From the NCBI GenBank assembly GCA_965277285.1, contig OZ255721.1, positions 2,848,001 through 2,912,000 of the forward strand: DNA of 64,000 nt. Reading direction: 5' to 3'. The position numbers and the translations under genes are program-made. Under the pieces are notes generated by a model. That model was not told where the DNA came from. It searched no databases and was given only the letters and a program-made list of their open reading frames with translations. Positions 1-11,085 of this stretch are shown here, one piece after another. How positions within the stretch are numbered: the stretch's first letter is position 1; every line of letters begins with the position of its first letter. The stretch is from Abditibacteriaceae bacterium (GTDB lineage: Bacteria > Armatimonadota > Abditibacteriia > Abditibacteriales > Abditibacteriaceae).

Positions 1-433
1 GCAAAGCCTCGTCTTCGTCCAGCGCGCCGCGCTCTTGAACCATGTCGAGCAGCGTTTGGCCGCTCAACACTTCCATCACCAGATATGCAGTATTGTTTTC
101 CTCAAAAAACCCGAGCACGCGTACGATGTTGGTGTGGCGAAGTTGCGTCAAAACGCGCGCTTGTTCCAGAAAACGCACTTTGGCTGCGTCGAAAACCGCG
201 CGATGATTTTCTTCCACTTGAACGTGGTTTTCGTCGCGGCGACAAATGGTGGTAAAGAGTTCTTTGAGTGCAACTTCACGAGATTTTTGCACATCATGCG
301 CGCGATACGTGATGCCAAAACCGCCGTGTCCCAAAACGTCGCGGATAACGAAAGCGCCGTTTTGCAACGTTGTGCCGCTCGTCAAAGCGTTGTCGCTGAC
401 ATCAGGAAATCGAGTACTCGTTGGCGCGTTCAT
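1..433 (-). CDS. Hanks-type Ser/Thr protein kinase, N-terminal part (runs off window start)
   Basis: Not in the ORF track. My translation from ATG 433 gives MNAPTSTRF...VLGHGGFGITYRA...EVALKE...RFLEQARVLTQLRHTNIVRVLGFFEENNTAYLVME, i.e. the Gly-rich loop, VAxK lysine and subdomains IV-V. Confidence 0.9.
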   Translation of the reverse strand, partial: MNAPTSTRFPDVSDNALTSGTTLQNGAFVIRDVLGHGGFGITYRAHDVQKSREVALKELFTTICRRDENHVQVEENHRAVFDAAKVRFLEQARVLTQLRHTNIVRVLGFFEENNTAYLVMEVLSGQTLLDMVQERGALDEDEAL

Positions 434-479
434 CGTTTCTGCCGACGCTGCGCAAGGCGTTTCGCTCCAACTTCAAAAT

Positions 480-560
480 GAACCCTGAGCGTAAGCGACG
501 GGTGAAAGTATTAGTGTCTTGGCGCTGTCAAATTTCACCCATCGCTGACGCTTCGGGTTC
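480..560. repeat. REP-like imperfect inverted repeat, family B (GAACCCyGAGCGTwAGCGACGGGTG)
   Basis: Inverted arms between ruvB and the kinase gene. Related copies at 19744-19820 and 22980-23067. Confidence 0.8.
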
Positions 561-561
561 T

Positions 562-3168
562 TTACTTTTTATCGTCGCGCTTCTTCATTCGAGTACTCGA
601 ACGCGCTTGTTCTTCGGCTAAAAACGCTTCGTCCAGCAAGCTGGGTTGCGAAATCATCGCATCGGCGGGCGGCGTTTCGCCCAGATGTTCGTAAGCGCGG
701 CGCGTAATGCGGCGACCTTGCGGCGTGCGCGCCAGGAAACCGATCTTCAGCAAATAAGGCTCAACGACATCTTCCAAAGTATCGGCTTCTTCGTTCATCG
801 TCGCCGCCAGCGCTGCGCTGCCGACCGGCCCGCCGCCGTAAATATCTTTAATCACGCGCAGCATCGCTTCGTCCAGACGATCCAATCCCAGTTCGTCGAT
901 GCCTTCGAGTTTCAACGCATCGGACGCGACTTGGTCGGTAATAATTCCGTCGGCGCGCACCAGCGCGTAATCGCGGACGCGACGCAGCAATCGGTTCACG
1001 ATGCGCGGCGTTCCGCGTCCGCGACGTGCGATTTCGCGCGCGCCGCTTTCCTCAATGCGCGTATTCAAAAGATGCGACGAACGTCGCGCAATCGTCGTCA
1101 AATCGTCTTCTTCGTAGAAGTCCAGATGCTGCTGAATGCCGAAACGGTCGCGCATCGGACGCGACAACATCGCGGGTCGCGTCGTGGCGCCGATTAGGGT
1201 GAACTTTTCCAAGCGAATCGGCAACGGCTTGGAATACATTCCTTTGTCGAGCGTGAAGGTCACGACGAAATCTTCCATCGCCGAATACAAAAACTCTTCG
1301 ACAATGCGCGGCAGGCGGTGAATTTCGTCGATGAAAATCAGATCGCCATCTTTGGCGTTCACCAAAAACGGCATCACATCGCCCGGACGTTCCAAAGCGG
1401 GGCCGCTCGTCAGGGCAATTTCGCGCCCCATTTCCTGCGAAATTATGTAGGCTAACGTCGTGTTATGATTGAAGATTCCGTTGGCGACAAACGAGTGCGT
1501 GCCCGGAACCACGAAGTCGTAAGTCTCGGCTTCGCTTTCTTCCAAAGTCTCGACGCGATCCCAGAAAAAGCGCGGATCGCACAACTCTTGCAGCGTCGCA
1601 TATTCTGTTAAATTGCGCGCTTCGGCAGGCAAAAAATTCAGCAATTTATCGATTTGCGCGCGGCTTGGAACGCGGTCGTTCCGTTTGACATGATCAAAGG
1701 CGTGATGAATCGCGCGCGAATGAGGCGCTGTCTGGCGCAATAAAGCGCATAAAAGCGTATTTGCGCACGGAACGCGGTCGGCGCGATGCCAACCGCTTTT
1801 TTCGGACTCGGTCATTGCAACATTGGCTTTGCGGCTCAAGCGAAAGCCGATGATGCGCTGAAATTCTCTGGCTTGTGGCCCGCCGATAAAAACTGTCCAT
1901 TGTGGCTCGTCGCAAATCGTTTTTTGTGTACGATTGGCGACGATGCCCAGATTTAACAGCAGCAATTGAACTTCCTGCGCCAGCTTTTGCGAGCGCGTCG
2001 AGTACTCGATTCCGTCGCGGCGCGCGTGTGCATCGGCATCGAACAAACCTTGAAGAAAACCAATGGCAGCTTCGCGCGTTCCGCACAATATCGCGCGGGG
2101 AATGCGCTTATCGCGCGCATTGGCGGCCTTCAACCCCAATTGCATCAAGGCGTGGCCTTGCGTTGAGGACAAATTCAAGCGCGCCGCTTTGCCCTCATAA
2201 CGATGAACCGTTGGAATTGCACCAAAATGCTTATCGCAGATGCGCTGCATTTCGCGTTGTGTTTCGCTTTCGTCACACGTCAATGCGACGGTGCCGTTTG
2301 GTTGCGTGTGACCGTCACCCACAATCGCGCCGAGCAAATAGGCCAGGTCGGCATCTAAAGTTAAAACGCGGCCTGAAGTGGCTTGGAGTGTGGTCTCACT
2401 TGTCGAAAACGAACGTTCCCCGCGCGTTATTGTGCGCCCGTTACTCAGTTCCAAGCCCAGGCGCAAAGCCGTGCGGCGTGGCGTCGGTGTGTTGGCGCCA
2501 TAAGCGCGCTGCAACTCGGCGGCGGACGGGAAACGACGCAGCGAACGTGTTAAATCATCATGCAAAGCGCGTGTCGTCATTTCGCTTTGCACGCGACGAT
2601 CAAACGCCGCGTCGCGGTTCCAAACCGAACTTTGCGCTTTGCCCCAAACGTTTGTTCCCCGCGCAACCGCGACATAATCGCCTGTTTGCAATTCTTGCAA
2701 CGTTTTCCATTGCGCGCCTTGTGGCGTCGCCACCAACAGCGGATGATGCGGCGTGCCTTCGATTTCAAAACCTGAGCGCGTGCGCAAACGTCGCGTCGGA
2801 ACCCAACCGCTGCAATAAATGTGAGAAGCCGCTTCCAAACCGTTGACGCCGCAAACCTGCACATTCACCGCGCGACTTTCGCCCGCTTTCATGCCCGACG
2901 GCAAAATGTCGCGGAATTCGACTAATCCTTGATCCGTAACAATCAAACTGTCCGCCGTAATGCACTTTCCCAGTCCGGGCGGCCCATGAAACAACAAATG
3001 ATCGAGCGATTCGCCGCGCGCTTTGGCCGCTTCAATTGCAATCTTCAAGCGTTCGATAGTCGCGCGCTGACCGACATATTCGTCCAGCGATTTAGGACGC
3101 AAACTCCAGTGAAATTCGGTTTCTTCCGTGCTCGTGCTCTCGGCGGAAACAACTCGTTCTCGTGCCAT
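562..3168 (-). CDS. ruvB: Holliday junction branch migration helicase RuvB, interrupted by an intein
   Basis: Motifs SLRPKSLDEYVGQ, GPPGLGK|TT, IFIDEIHRL, GATTR, RGTPR, EPYL and RTPQGR. The extein is 367 aa after removing the intein. Confidence 0.97.
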   Translation of the reverse strand: MARERVVSAESTSTEETEFHWSLRPKSLDEYVGQRATIERLKIAIEAAKARGESLDHLLFHGPPGLGKCITADSLIVTDQGLVEFRDILPSGMKAGESRAVNVQVCGVNGLEAASHIYCSGWVPTRRLRTRSGFEIEGTPHHPLLVATPQGAQWKTLQELQTGDYVAVARGTNVWGKAQSSVWNRDAAFDRRVQSEMTTRALHDDLTRSLRRFPSAAELQRAYGANTPTPRRTALRLGLELSNGRTITRGERSFSTSETTLQATSGRVLTLDADLAYLLGAIVGDGHTQPNGTVALTCDESETQREMQRICDKHFGAIPTVHRYEGKAARLNLSSTQGHALMQLGLKAANARDKRIPRAILCGTREAAIGFLQGLFDADAHARRDGIEYSTRSQKLAQEVQLLLLNLGIVANRTQKTICDEPQWTVFIGGPQAREFQRIIGFRLSRKANVAMTESEKSGWHRADRVPCANTLLCALLRQTAPHSRAIHHAFDHVKRNDRVPSRAQIDKLLNFLPAEARNLTEYATLQELCDPRFFWDRVETLEESEAETYDFVVPGTHSFVANGIFNHNTTLAYIISQEMGREIALTSGPALERPGDVMPFLVNAKDGDLIFIDEIHRLPRIVEEFLYSAMEDFVVTFTLDKGMYSKPLPIRLEKFTLIGATTRPAMLSRPMRDRFGIQQHLDFYEEDDLTTIARRSSHLLNTRIEESGAREIARRGRGTPRIVNRLLRRVRDYALVRADGIITDQVASDALKLEGIDELGLDRLDEAMLRVIKDIYGGGPVGSAALAATMNEEADTLEDVVEPYLLKIGFLARTPQGRRITRRAYEHLGETPPADAMISQPSLLDEAFLAEEQARSSTRMKKRDDKK
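1462..2964 (-). mobile_element. 501-aa intein with LAGLIDADG homing endonuclease, inserted in the RuvB Walker A motif
   Basis: Starts with Cys (CITADSLI) after GPPGLGK. Block B is GTPHHPL. LAGLIDADG-like motifs are YLLGAIVGDG and FLQGLFDADA. Ends TYDFVVPGTHSFVANGIFNHN with Thr at +1. Confidence 0.95.
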
Positions 3169-3216
3169 CTTAACCTCGCGTTTTCATCCGTTCTAATGAA
3201 ATGAGTTTAACAGAAT

Positions 3217-3357
3217 GATTGAACCACCAAGACACCAAGAACACCAAGAGGCTCCGAAGAAACGGTTGTCACGTATTTGATTCTTCTTTCTTGGTGTCCT
3301 TTGTGTCTTGGTGGTTCAATCTTTTCTCTCGGCGTCCTGGCGTCTTGGCGGTTAAAA
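3217..3357. repeat. Inverted repeat built of ~9-nt subunits (family C: AACCACCAAGACACCAAG...CTTGGTGGTT)
   Basis: GATTGAACCACCAAGACAC pairs with GTGTCTTGGTGGTTCAATC, followed by an extra half-arm. Relatives at 61071-61265 and 62906-63017. Confidence 0.75.
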
Positions 3358-3365
3358 TAAAATCC

Positions 3366-4901
3366 ATGTTTTCTCCGAACTTTGAAGAGTTTAAGCGATT
3401 GGCGACGCAGGGCAATTTGATTCCGATTGTGCGCGAAGTGTTGGCCGATCTGGAAACGCCGGTTTCGGCGTTTTTGAAACTGCGCGCGGGTAGTTCGAGT
3501 ACTGGAAGCGCGGGCAGTCCGGCGTTTTTGCTGGAAAGCGTCGAGGGCGGCGAAAATGTCGCGCGCTATTCGTTTTTGGGCGTTGGCGCGCGCCTGGAAC
3601 TCATCACCAAAGACAACGAAGCGGTTTTGCGCGAAAGCGGCGAAGAAACGGTTTTGAGCCTGGGCGCGGGACGCGATCCTTTGCACATTGTGGAAAATGT
3701 GATGTCGCGTTTTCGGTTTGTGCCGCGCCCGGAACTACCGCGTTTTTGTGGCGGTATGGTTGGTTTTCTGGGCTACGACTTGGTGCGATTCTTCGAGAAA
3801 TTGCCGGACGCACCGCCTGACGACCGCCAACTTCCCGATTGCCATTTGATATTGACCGACACGATTTTAGTGTTCGATAACGTGCGCCATTCGATCAAGA
3901 TTTTGAATAATGCCTTAGTTGAAGGCGACGATGAAGAATCTTTGCGCACTGTGTACGCTGCGTCCTGCGACAAAATCAACGCGACGTTGGCGCATTTGTC
4001 GAACGATGTCGTCGCGGCGAAGTTTCTGCCGATTCGTTCGAGTACTCGATTGGTCGAAGAAAGCATGCCGCCAAGCAACTTTCCATCGCGCGAAGATTTT
4101 GAAAGCACTGTGCAAAAGTGTATCGACTACATCCACGCTGGCGATTGCGTTCAAGTCGTGCCGTCGCAACGTTTTCAAGTTCCGTTGCAAGCCTCCACGT
4201 TCGGCGTTTATCGGGCTTTGCGGCACGTCAATCCGTCGCCGTATATGTTCTATTTGGAGTTGGGCGAAACGACATTGATCGGCGCCTCGCCCGAGATTTT
4301 GGTCACCGAAGATAGCGGCGAAGTGCGCACGCGACCTTTGGCGGGAACACGGCGACGCGGACAAAATAGCGATGAGGACGAGCAACTCGAAGCCGAACTT
4401 TTGGCCGACCCCAAAGATCGCAGCGAACACATTATGCTGGTTGACTTGCATCGCAACGACATCGGGCGCGTGTGCGAATATGGCAGCGTCGAAGTCGATG
4501 AACTGATGGTCGTCGAAAAATATAGTCACGTTATGCACATCGTGAGCAACATTGTCGGCAAATTAAGCGCGGATAAAACCGCGTTCGACCTTTTGCGCGC
4601 CAGTTTTCCGGCTGGAACGTTGAGCGGCGCGCCCAAAGTGCGCGCCATGCAAATCATCGACGAAATGGAGCCGACGCGTCGCGGGCCGTATGGCGGCGCG
4701 ATTGGTTATTTTTCGTTCAGCGGCAATCTGGATACGTGCATCACGTTGCGCACGATCATCGTAAAGGACGACATCGCGTATGTGCAGGCGGGCGGCGGCG
4801 TTGTCGCGGACAGCGTTCCGGCTGACGAATACGAAGAAACCTGCAACAAAGCGCGCGCCGCTCTGCGTGCCATTTCGTTGGCGGAAATCGCCGAATCGTA
4901 A
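3366..4901 (+). CDS. trpE: Anthranilate synthase component I
   Basis: Motifs DLETPVSAFLKL, FLLESVEGG, NPSPYM, GASPE, EHIMLVDL, FPAGTLSGAPK and YGGAIGY. Start placed at ATG 3366 because the ORF-track extension runs through a repeat. Confidence 0.93.
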   Translation: MFSPNFEEFKRLATQGNLIPIVREVLADLETPVSAFLKLRAGSSSTGSAGSPAFLLESVEGGENVARYSFLGVGARLELITKDNEAVLRESGEETVLSLGAGRDPLHIVENVMSRFRFVPRPELPRFCGGMVGFLGYDLVRFFEKLPDAPPDDRQLPDCHLILTDTILVFDNVRHSIKILNNALVEGDDEESLRTVYAASCDKINATLAHLSNDVVAAKFLPIRSSTRLVEESMPPSNFPSREDFESTVQKCIDYIHAGDCVQVVPSQRFQVPLQASTFGVYRALRHVNPSPYMFYLELGETTLIGASPEILVTEDSGEVRTRPLAGTRRRGQNSDEDEQLEAELLADPKDRSEHIMLVDLHRNDIGRVCEYGSVEVDELMVVEKYSHVMHIVSNIVGKLSADKTAFDLLRASFPAGTLSGAPKVRAMQIIDEMEPTRRGPYGGAIGYFSFSGNLDTCITLRTIIVKDDIAYVQAGGGVVADSVPADEYEETCNKARAALRAISLAEIAES

Positions 4902-4909
4902 TCGTAATC

Positions 4910-4979
4910 GTAGGGGCGAGGCGTGCCTCGCCCGTTTGCTGCAGCGACGGAACAAGGGCGAGGCGTGCCTCGCCCCTAC
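4910..4979. repeat. GTAG-type REP doublet (GTAGGGGCGAGGCGTGCCTCGCCC, inverted pair)
   Basis: Two palindromic units in inverted arrangement. Related units at 56577-56604, and GGGCAACCACAAGGGTTGCCC-type units near 57625 and 59991. Confidence 0.85.
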
Positions 4980-4982
4980 ATT

Positions 4983-6227
4983 ATGGGAAAACCCGTTTAT
5001 CTCGTTGGCCACGCGCAGGAAATCGGCGCCATTCAAGGCCAATATCAACATCGAGTACTCGAAGAGCGAGTGACGCGTGTGCTCAGCCGCGCCGATGACA
5101 TTTCGCATCGACCTTACTTGATATTGAAAGAACGCGCCGACCGCTTCCATCGCGTACTCGAACGTATGGCGCCGCATTGGTTGGAAGAAGCGCAAGGAAT
5201 GGCGCAGAGCGCAAATCTCGAAGATTGGCATGTTCTCGCTTTGAACTGCTTGCCGCCTGATTTCTGGGGACAAAGTTATCAACCTGCGCTGCTGGGAAAT
5301 ATGACGATTTCCGAGATGGTCAATCCTTATGATGCGCAGGGAATCGAAATCGCGGTTGGCGGCGATTGCACCAGTTTTTTCGCGCTGGGCGAAAGTGTTT
5401 TGGGTAGCGAAACTCTGCTGCACAAAAGCCGCGATGAACGCGACGAAGTGCAATGTGTTTACATCAAGCAAACTGACGGGAGGTTTCGTTTTGTCGGCGG
5501 TGGCGACATCGGCAATCTGGGAACGGCGCATCTTCATACCGAAAACTTCTGGGCGGGCGCCAACAATACGGGTAGCGATGTCGCGCCCGAAGAATTTGTC
5601 GATTGCGCTTTTTCCGACTCGCACGCTTTGCGCTATTTCGCCGAAAACTGCAAAACGCTGGACGACATCGTTCCCGCCTGTCAAACGTTAATCGACCACG
5701 AAGCGTTGAGCGGCGGAGGTTTCGAGAAAGGCAGCATTTTCTTGTTCGCCGACCAGTCGCGCGGCCTTGTCATCGAAGCGACTTCGCGGCGCATGGCGCA
5801 CCAATGGTTCCAAGGTGATGAAGTTGTGGTTCGCACCAATCATTTTCTGTTGCCCGCCATGATCGAGTACTCGAAACTCGACCACGAAGGCAGTCTGATT
5901 CGTTATCAAAGATGCTGCGAACTTCTGGAAGCGGCAAACGGAACGCTGACGCTTTCAGGTTGCGCCGAAATCGCGCGCGATAGAATGAACGCGCCGCACG
6001 CGATTTGTCGCAATCCGAGTGACAAAGTAAATGGTGTTACAGTTTCGACGAGCACGGCGACGATTTCCAAAAGCGATGACCGCCGTTGTCAAACGCATTT
6101 TCGCAACGGTCACCCCAGTTTTACGCCAGGAGTTATTCTCAGCCCGATTGACCGCGTTTGCGACAGCGATTTGTTGTCCGGCGCGCACAATCAGATCAGC
6201 CGCAACGAACGCGGTTTCGAGGTTTGA
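4983..6227 (+). CDS. Peptidase C45 family / Ntn-hydrolase (autoproteolytic acyltransferase-like)
   Basis: EEAQGMA pro-region, GGD|CTSF putative nucleophile Cys, HKSRD, RTNHF and SLIRYQR. Confidence 0.72.
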   Translation: MGKPVYLVGHAQEIGAIQGQYQHRVLEERVTRVLSRADDISHRPYLILKERADRFHRVLERMAPHWLEEAQGMAQSANLEDWHVLALNCLPPDFWGQSYQPALLGNMTISEMVNPYDAQGIEIAVGGDCTSFFALGESVLGSETLLHKSRDERDEVQCVYIKQTDGRFRFVGGGDIGNLGTAHLHTENFWAGANNTGSDVAPEEFVDCAFSDSHALRYFAENCKTLDDIVPACQTLIDHEALSGGGFEKGSIFLFADQSRGLVIEATSRRMAHQWFQGDEVVVRTNHFLLPAMIEYSKLDHEGSLIRYQRCCELLEAANGTLTLSGCAEIARDRMNAPHAICRNPSDKVNGVTVSTSTATISKSDDRRCQTHFRNGHPSFTPGVILSPIDRVCDSDLLSGAHNQISRNERGFEV

Positions 6228-6229
6228 TA

Positions 6230-6499
6230 ATGAACTGGGTTGATCTCTTTACAATAAACGTGATCCTGGGTTATCTGGCGTTTATATTGTTCTTCTTGGC
6301 GAAAGACGTTCAAGAGAACTTAATAGAGAATAAAGAGTTAGGCACGGGAAACTGTCTATTGATATGGCGTATATTTACGCCTTTTGTCAGTCTCGAAACA
6401 ATGCAACGGCCTACATTTGTTACAACTATTAAACGAGCAGGAATTGCGATTGCAATTGGTATTCTTCTTTTAGATATTACCTTCGGCCATTTATTATGA
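6230..6499 (+). CDS. Small AT-rich membrane protein (89 aa)
   Basis: Fills the gap between its neighbours, overlaps the next start (ATGA), and has two hydrophobic segments. Confidence 0.6.
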   Translation: MNWVDLFTINVILGYLAFILFFLAKDVQENLIENKELGTGNCLLIWRIFTPFVSLETMQRPTFVTTIKRAGIAIAIGILLLDITFGHLL

Positions 6500-7737
6500 A
6501 CAATCCGACACTTCAAAGGCCTGCGATGAGGCCGCTTTCGATTTCGCCGTTTTCGCAGGACGGCGAAGCGTTTTTGCATTTGCACGATCCCGAAGGTTTC
6601 GCCGATGACGCCGCGGTGCCGCAACTTTTGGCGAATTTGCTGGCGCTTTTCGACGGCACGCGCACGGTGCAGGAAATTATCGCTGCGTATCAGGACGCGG
6701 GCGGCGAAGAGTTGCCGATCTGGTTTGTCGAAAAAACTATCGCCGATTTGGACAGTAACTTGATGCTCGATTCGCCCAAATTTCGTGCGCAATTGAACGC
6801 CGTCCAAAACGAATACGCGAACGCGGCGGCGCGTCCAGCTTCGCTGGCGGGGCGCGCTTATCCCGATGACGCAGAAGAACTGCGACAATTGCTGGATGGT
6901 TTCGCCGAGCAAGCGAAAACCCTGGGCGCGCCGGAAAAGCCCAACGGCGAAATCAAAGGTTGCGTCGTTCCGCACATCGACTTCCGGCGCGGCGGCGTGG
7001 TCGAAGCCCTCGCGTACCGAGATTTGCGCGACCAAACCTTCGATGTCCTGGTGGTTTTGGGAATCGCGCACAGCGGCGTGCGTTATCCGTTTTGTGCGAC
7101 GACCAAAGATTACGAGACGCCGCTTGGCGTTTGCCGCACCGATGTCGCGTTTGTCGAGGCTTTGCAAAGTCGCGTCGGAGCAAAGTTGACAGACGAAGAA
7201 TTGGCGCACAAAAACGAGCATTCGATTGAGTTCGTCGCCGTCTTTTTGCAAAGCATTGCGGCGCTTTCGAGTACTCGAATCGTGCCGATCTTGTGCGGCG
7301 GCTTTCACCGCGAAACGCGCGCCAAAACTTCGCCGCGCCAGACTGCGGAAGTCGCCGCGTTTATCGAAGCGTTGCGCGCAACAATGGAAGAATGGCAGGC
7401 CAAAGGTCAGCGCGTCGGCATCGTGGTCAGCGTGGATTTGTCGCACGTCGGTTCGCGTTTCGGCGACGAGCGACGGCTTTTCGGCGAACGCTTGATGGAA
7501 ATCGAGGCCGAAGACCGCGCGTTTTTGGCGTGCGCCGAAATAGGCGACGCGGAAGCGATTCACCTTGCGATGTCCAAAGATAACAACCTGCGCAATGTCG
7601 ATGCGCATCCCGCGCTTTATACGATGTTTGCCGCGTTTCCCGAGTGGCGCGCCCAACTTTTGGCGTATGACCAGGCGTTCGATGAAGACGCTAACAGTGT
7701 CGTCAGTTTCGCCGCGATGACAGTTTTCGAGCCGTAG
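6496..7737 (+). CDS. amrB: MEMO1 family / AmmeMemoRadiSam system protein B with N-terminal winged-helix-like extension
   Basis: Motifs RPASLAGRAYP, VPHID, HKNEHSIE, PILCG and SVDLSHVG. Confidence 0.88.
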   Translation: MNNPTLQRPAMRPLSISPFSQDGEAFLHLHDPEGFADDAAVPQLLANLLALFDGTRTVQEIIAAYQDAGGEELPIWFVEKTIADLDSNLMLDSPKFRAQLNAVQNEYANAAARPASLAGRAYPDDAEELRQLLDGFAEQAKTLGAPEKPNGEIKGCVVPHIDFRRGGVVEALAYRDLRDQTFDVLVVLGIAHSGVRYPFCATTKDYETPLGVCRTDVAFVEALQSRVGAKLTDEELAHKNEHSIEFVAVFLQSIAALSSTRIVPILCGGFHRETRAKTSPRQTAEVAAFIEALRATMEEWQAKGQRVGIVVSVDLSHVGSRFGDERRLFGERLMEIEAEDRAFLACAEIGDAEAIHLAMSKDNNLRNVDAHPALYTMFAAFPEWRAQLLAYDQAFDEDANSVVSFAAMTVFEP

Positions 7738-7828
7738 AAATTGGTTTGAAAAATCGCGGTTTTTCGTTGTGAGAGTGTGGCAGCGAGAATGTGGAAAAAT
7801 TCAGAAAATGCCATAAAACCAAGAGTTT

Positions 7829-10261
<2,433 letters not shown>

Positions 10262-10314
10262 AAGTTCCTACTTGAATCTCAGGAACTCTTGCGCGTGTGT
10301 AGTTGCGTCAAAGA

Positions 10315-10992
10315 ATGAACAATAAACATGTCAAGGTGGAAGAAGACAAGACTAAGGGTGACGAACATTGGCTGACTTGTTTGAAATGTCAAACCGAAAC
10401 TGTTCACCGTGTTACTGTATCTATTGACAGCGACGGTAACGTTGAAGACGGAGATTTTTCATATCAATGGATAGAGCATCATCAGATAGTTCAGTGTCAA
10501 GGTTGCCGGACTTACAGCTTTAGGCATGAGTCGTCCAATTCAGAAGACTACACTCAAGTGAGTGAAGATGATTGGGAAATTACAGTCAAAGAGGAACTGC
10601 ATCCACCGCGTTATTTGCAGCGCCCTCAACTTCCTGACGCTGTGTATTTGCCTGGTAAAGTGAGGCTGATTTACAAAGAAACTCATTTTGCCATTTGTGC
10701 AAAGCAATTGATCTTGGCAGGAATAGGAATACGTGCTCTTGTCGAGTCTGTTTGTAAAGACAAAAACGCCAGCGGAAATCTTTACAACATGATTGAGCAG
10801 CTTGTAACTGCTGGTGATCTTAAACGTAGCGAAGCTGATATTCTTCAGAAGTTGAGATTCATGGGTAACTCAGCGGCTCACGAAGTGAAAGCACACAAAA
10901 GTGATGTCCTTATTAATGCCTTCGAGATTGTTGAACATTTACTTGTAAATGTCTACTTGCTTGAAATTAGAGCGAGGCAATTGCCAAACTGA
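10315..10992 (+). CDS. DUF4145 (HEPN-like) domain protein
   Basis: Two CxxC motifs, GIRALVESVC and LRFMGNSAAHE (R-x6-H). AT-rich relative to its neighbours. Confidence 0.75.
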   Translation: MNNKHVKVEEDKTKGDEHWLTCLKCQTETVHRVTVSIDSDGNVEDGDFSYQWIEHHQIVQCQGCRTYSFRHESSNSEDYTQVSEDDWEITVKEELHPPRYLQRPQLPDAVYLPGKVRLIYKETHFAICAKQLILAGIGIRALVESVCKDKNASGNLYNMIEQLVTAGDLKRSEADILQKLRFMGNSAAHEVKAHKSDVLINAFEIVEHLLVNVYLLEIRARQLPN

Positions 10993-11020
10993 TTGGCGAT
11001 AACGAGTACTCGATTGACGA

Positions 11021-11055
11021 CAAAAGCCGCGCTTCATCATCGAAGCGCGGCTTTT
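11021..11055. terminator. Bidirectional intrinsic terminator
   Basis: AAAAGCCGCGCTTC-loop-GAAGCGCGGCTTTT between convergent genes. Confidence 0.8.
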
Positions 11056-11085
11056 CGTTCATCTGTTCAATTCGTCTTCATCGGC

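Noticed and set aside
3219..3365. N-terminal extensions of TrpE (from 3219), and likewise of the ORFs starting at 4923, 18328, 28360, 33366 and 58664
   Set aside because: They run through repeats, intergenic DNA or neighbouring genes, and better starts exist downstream.
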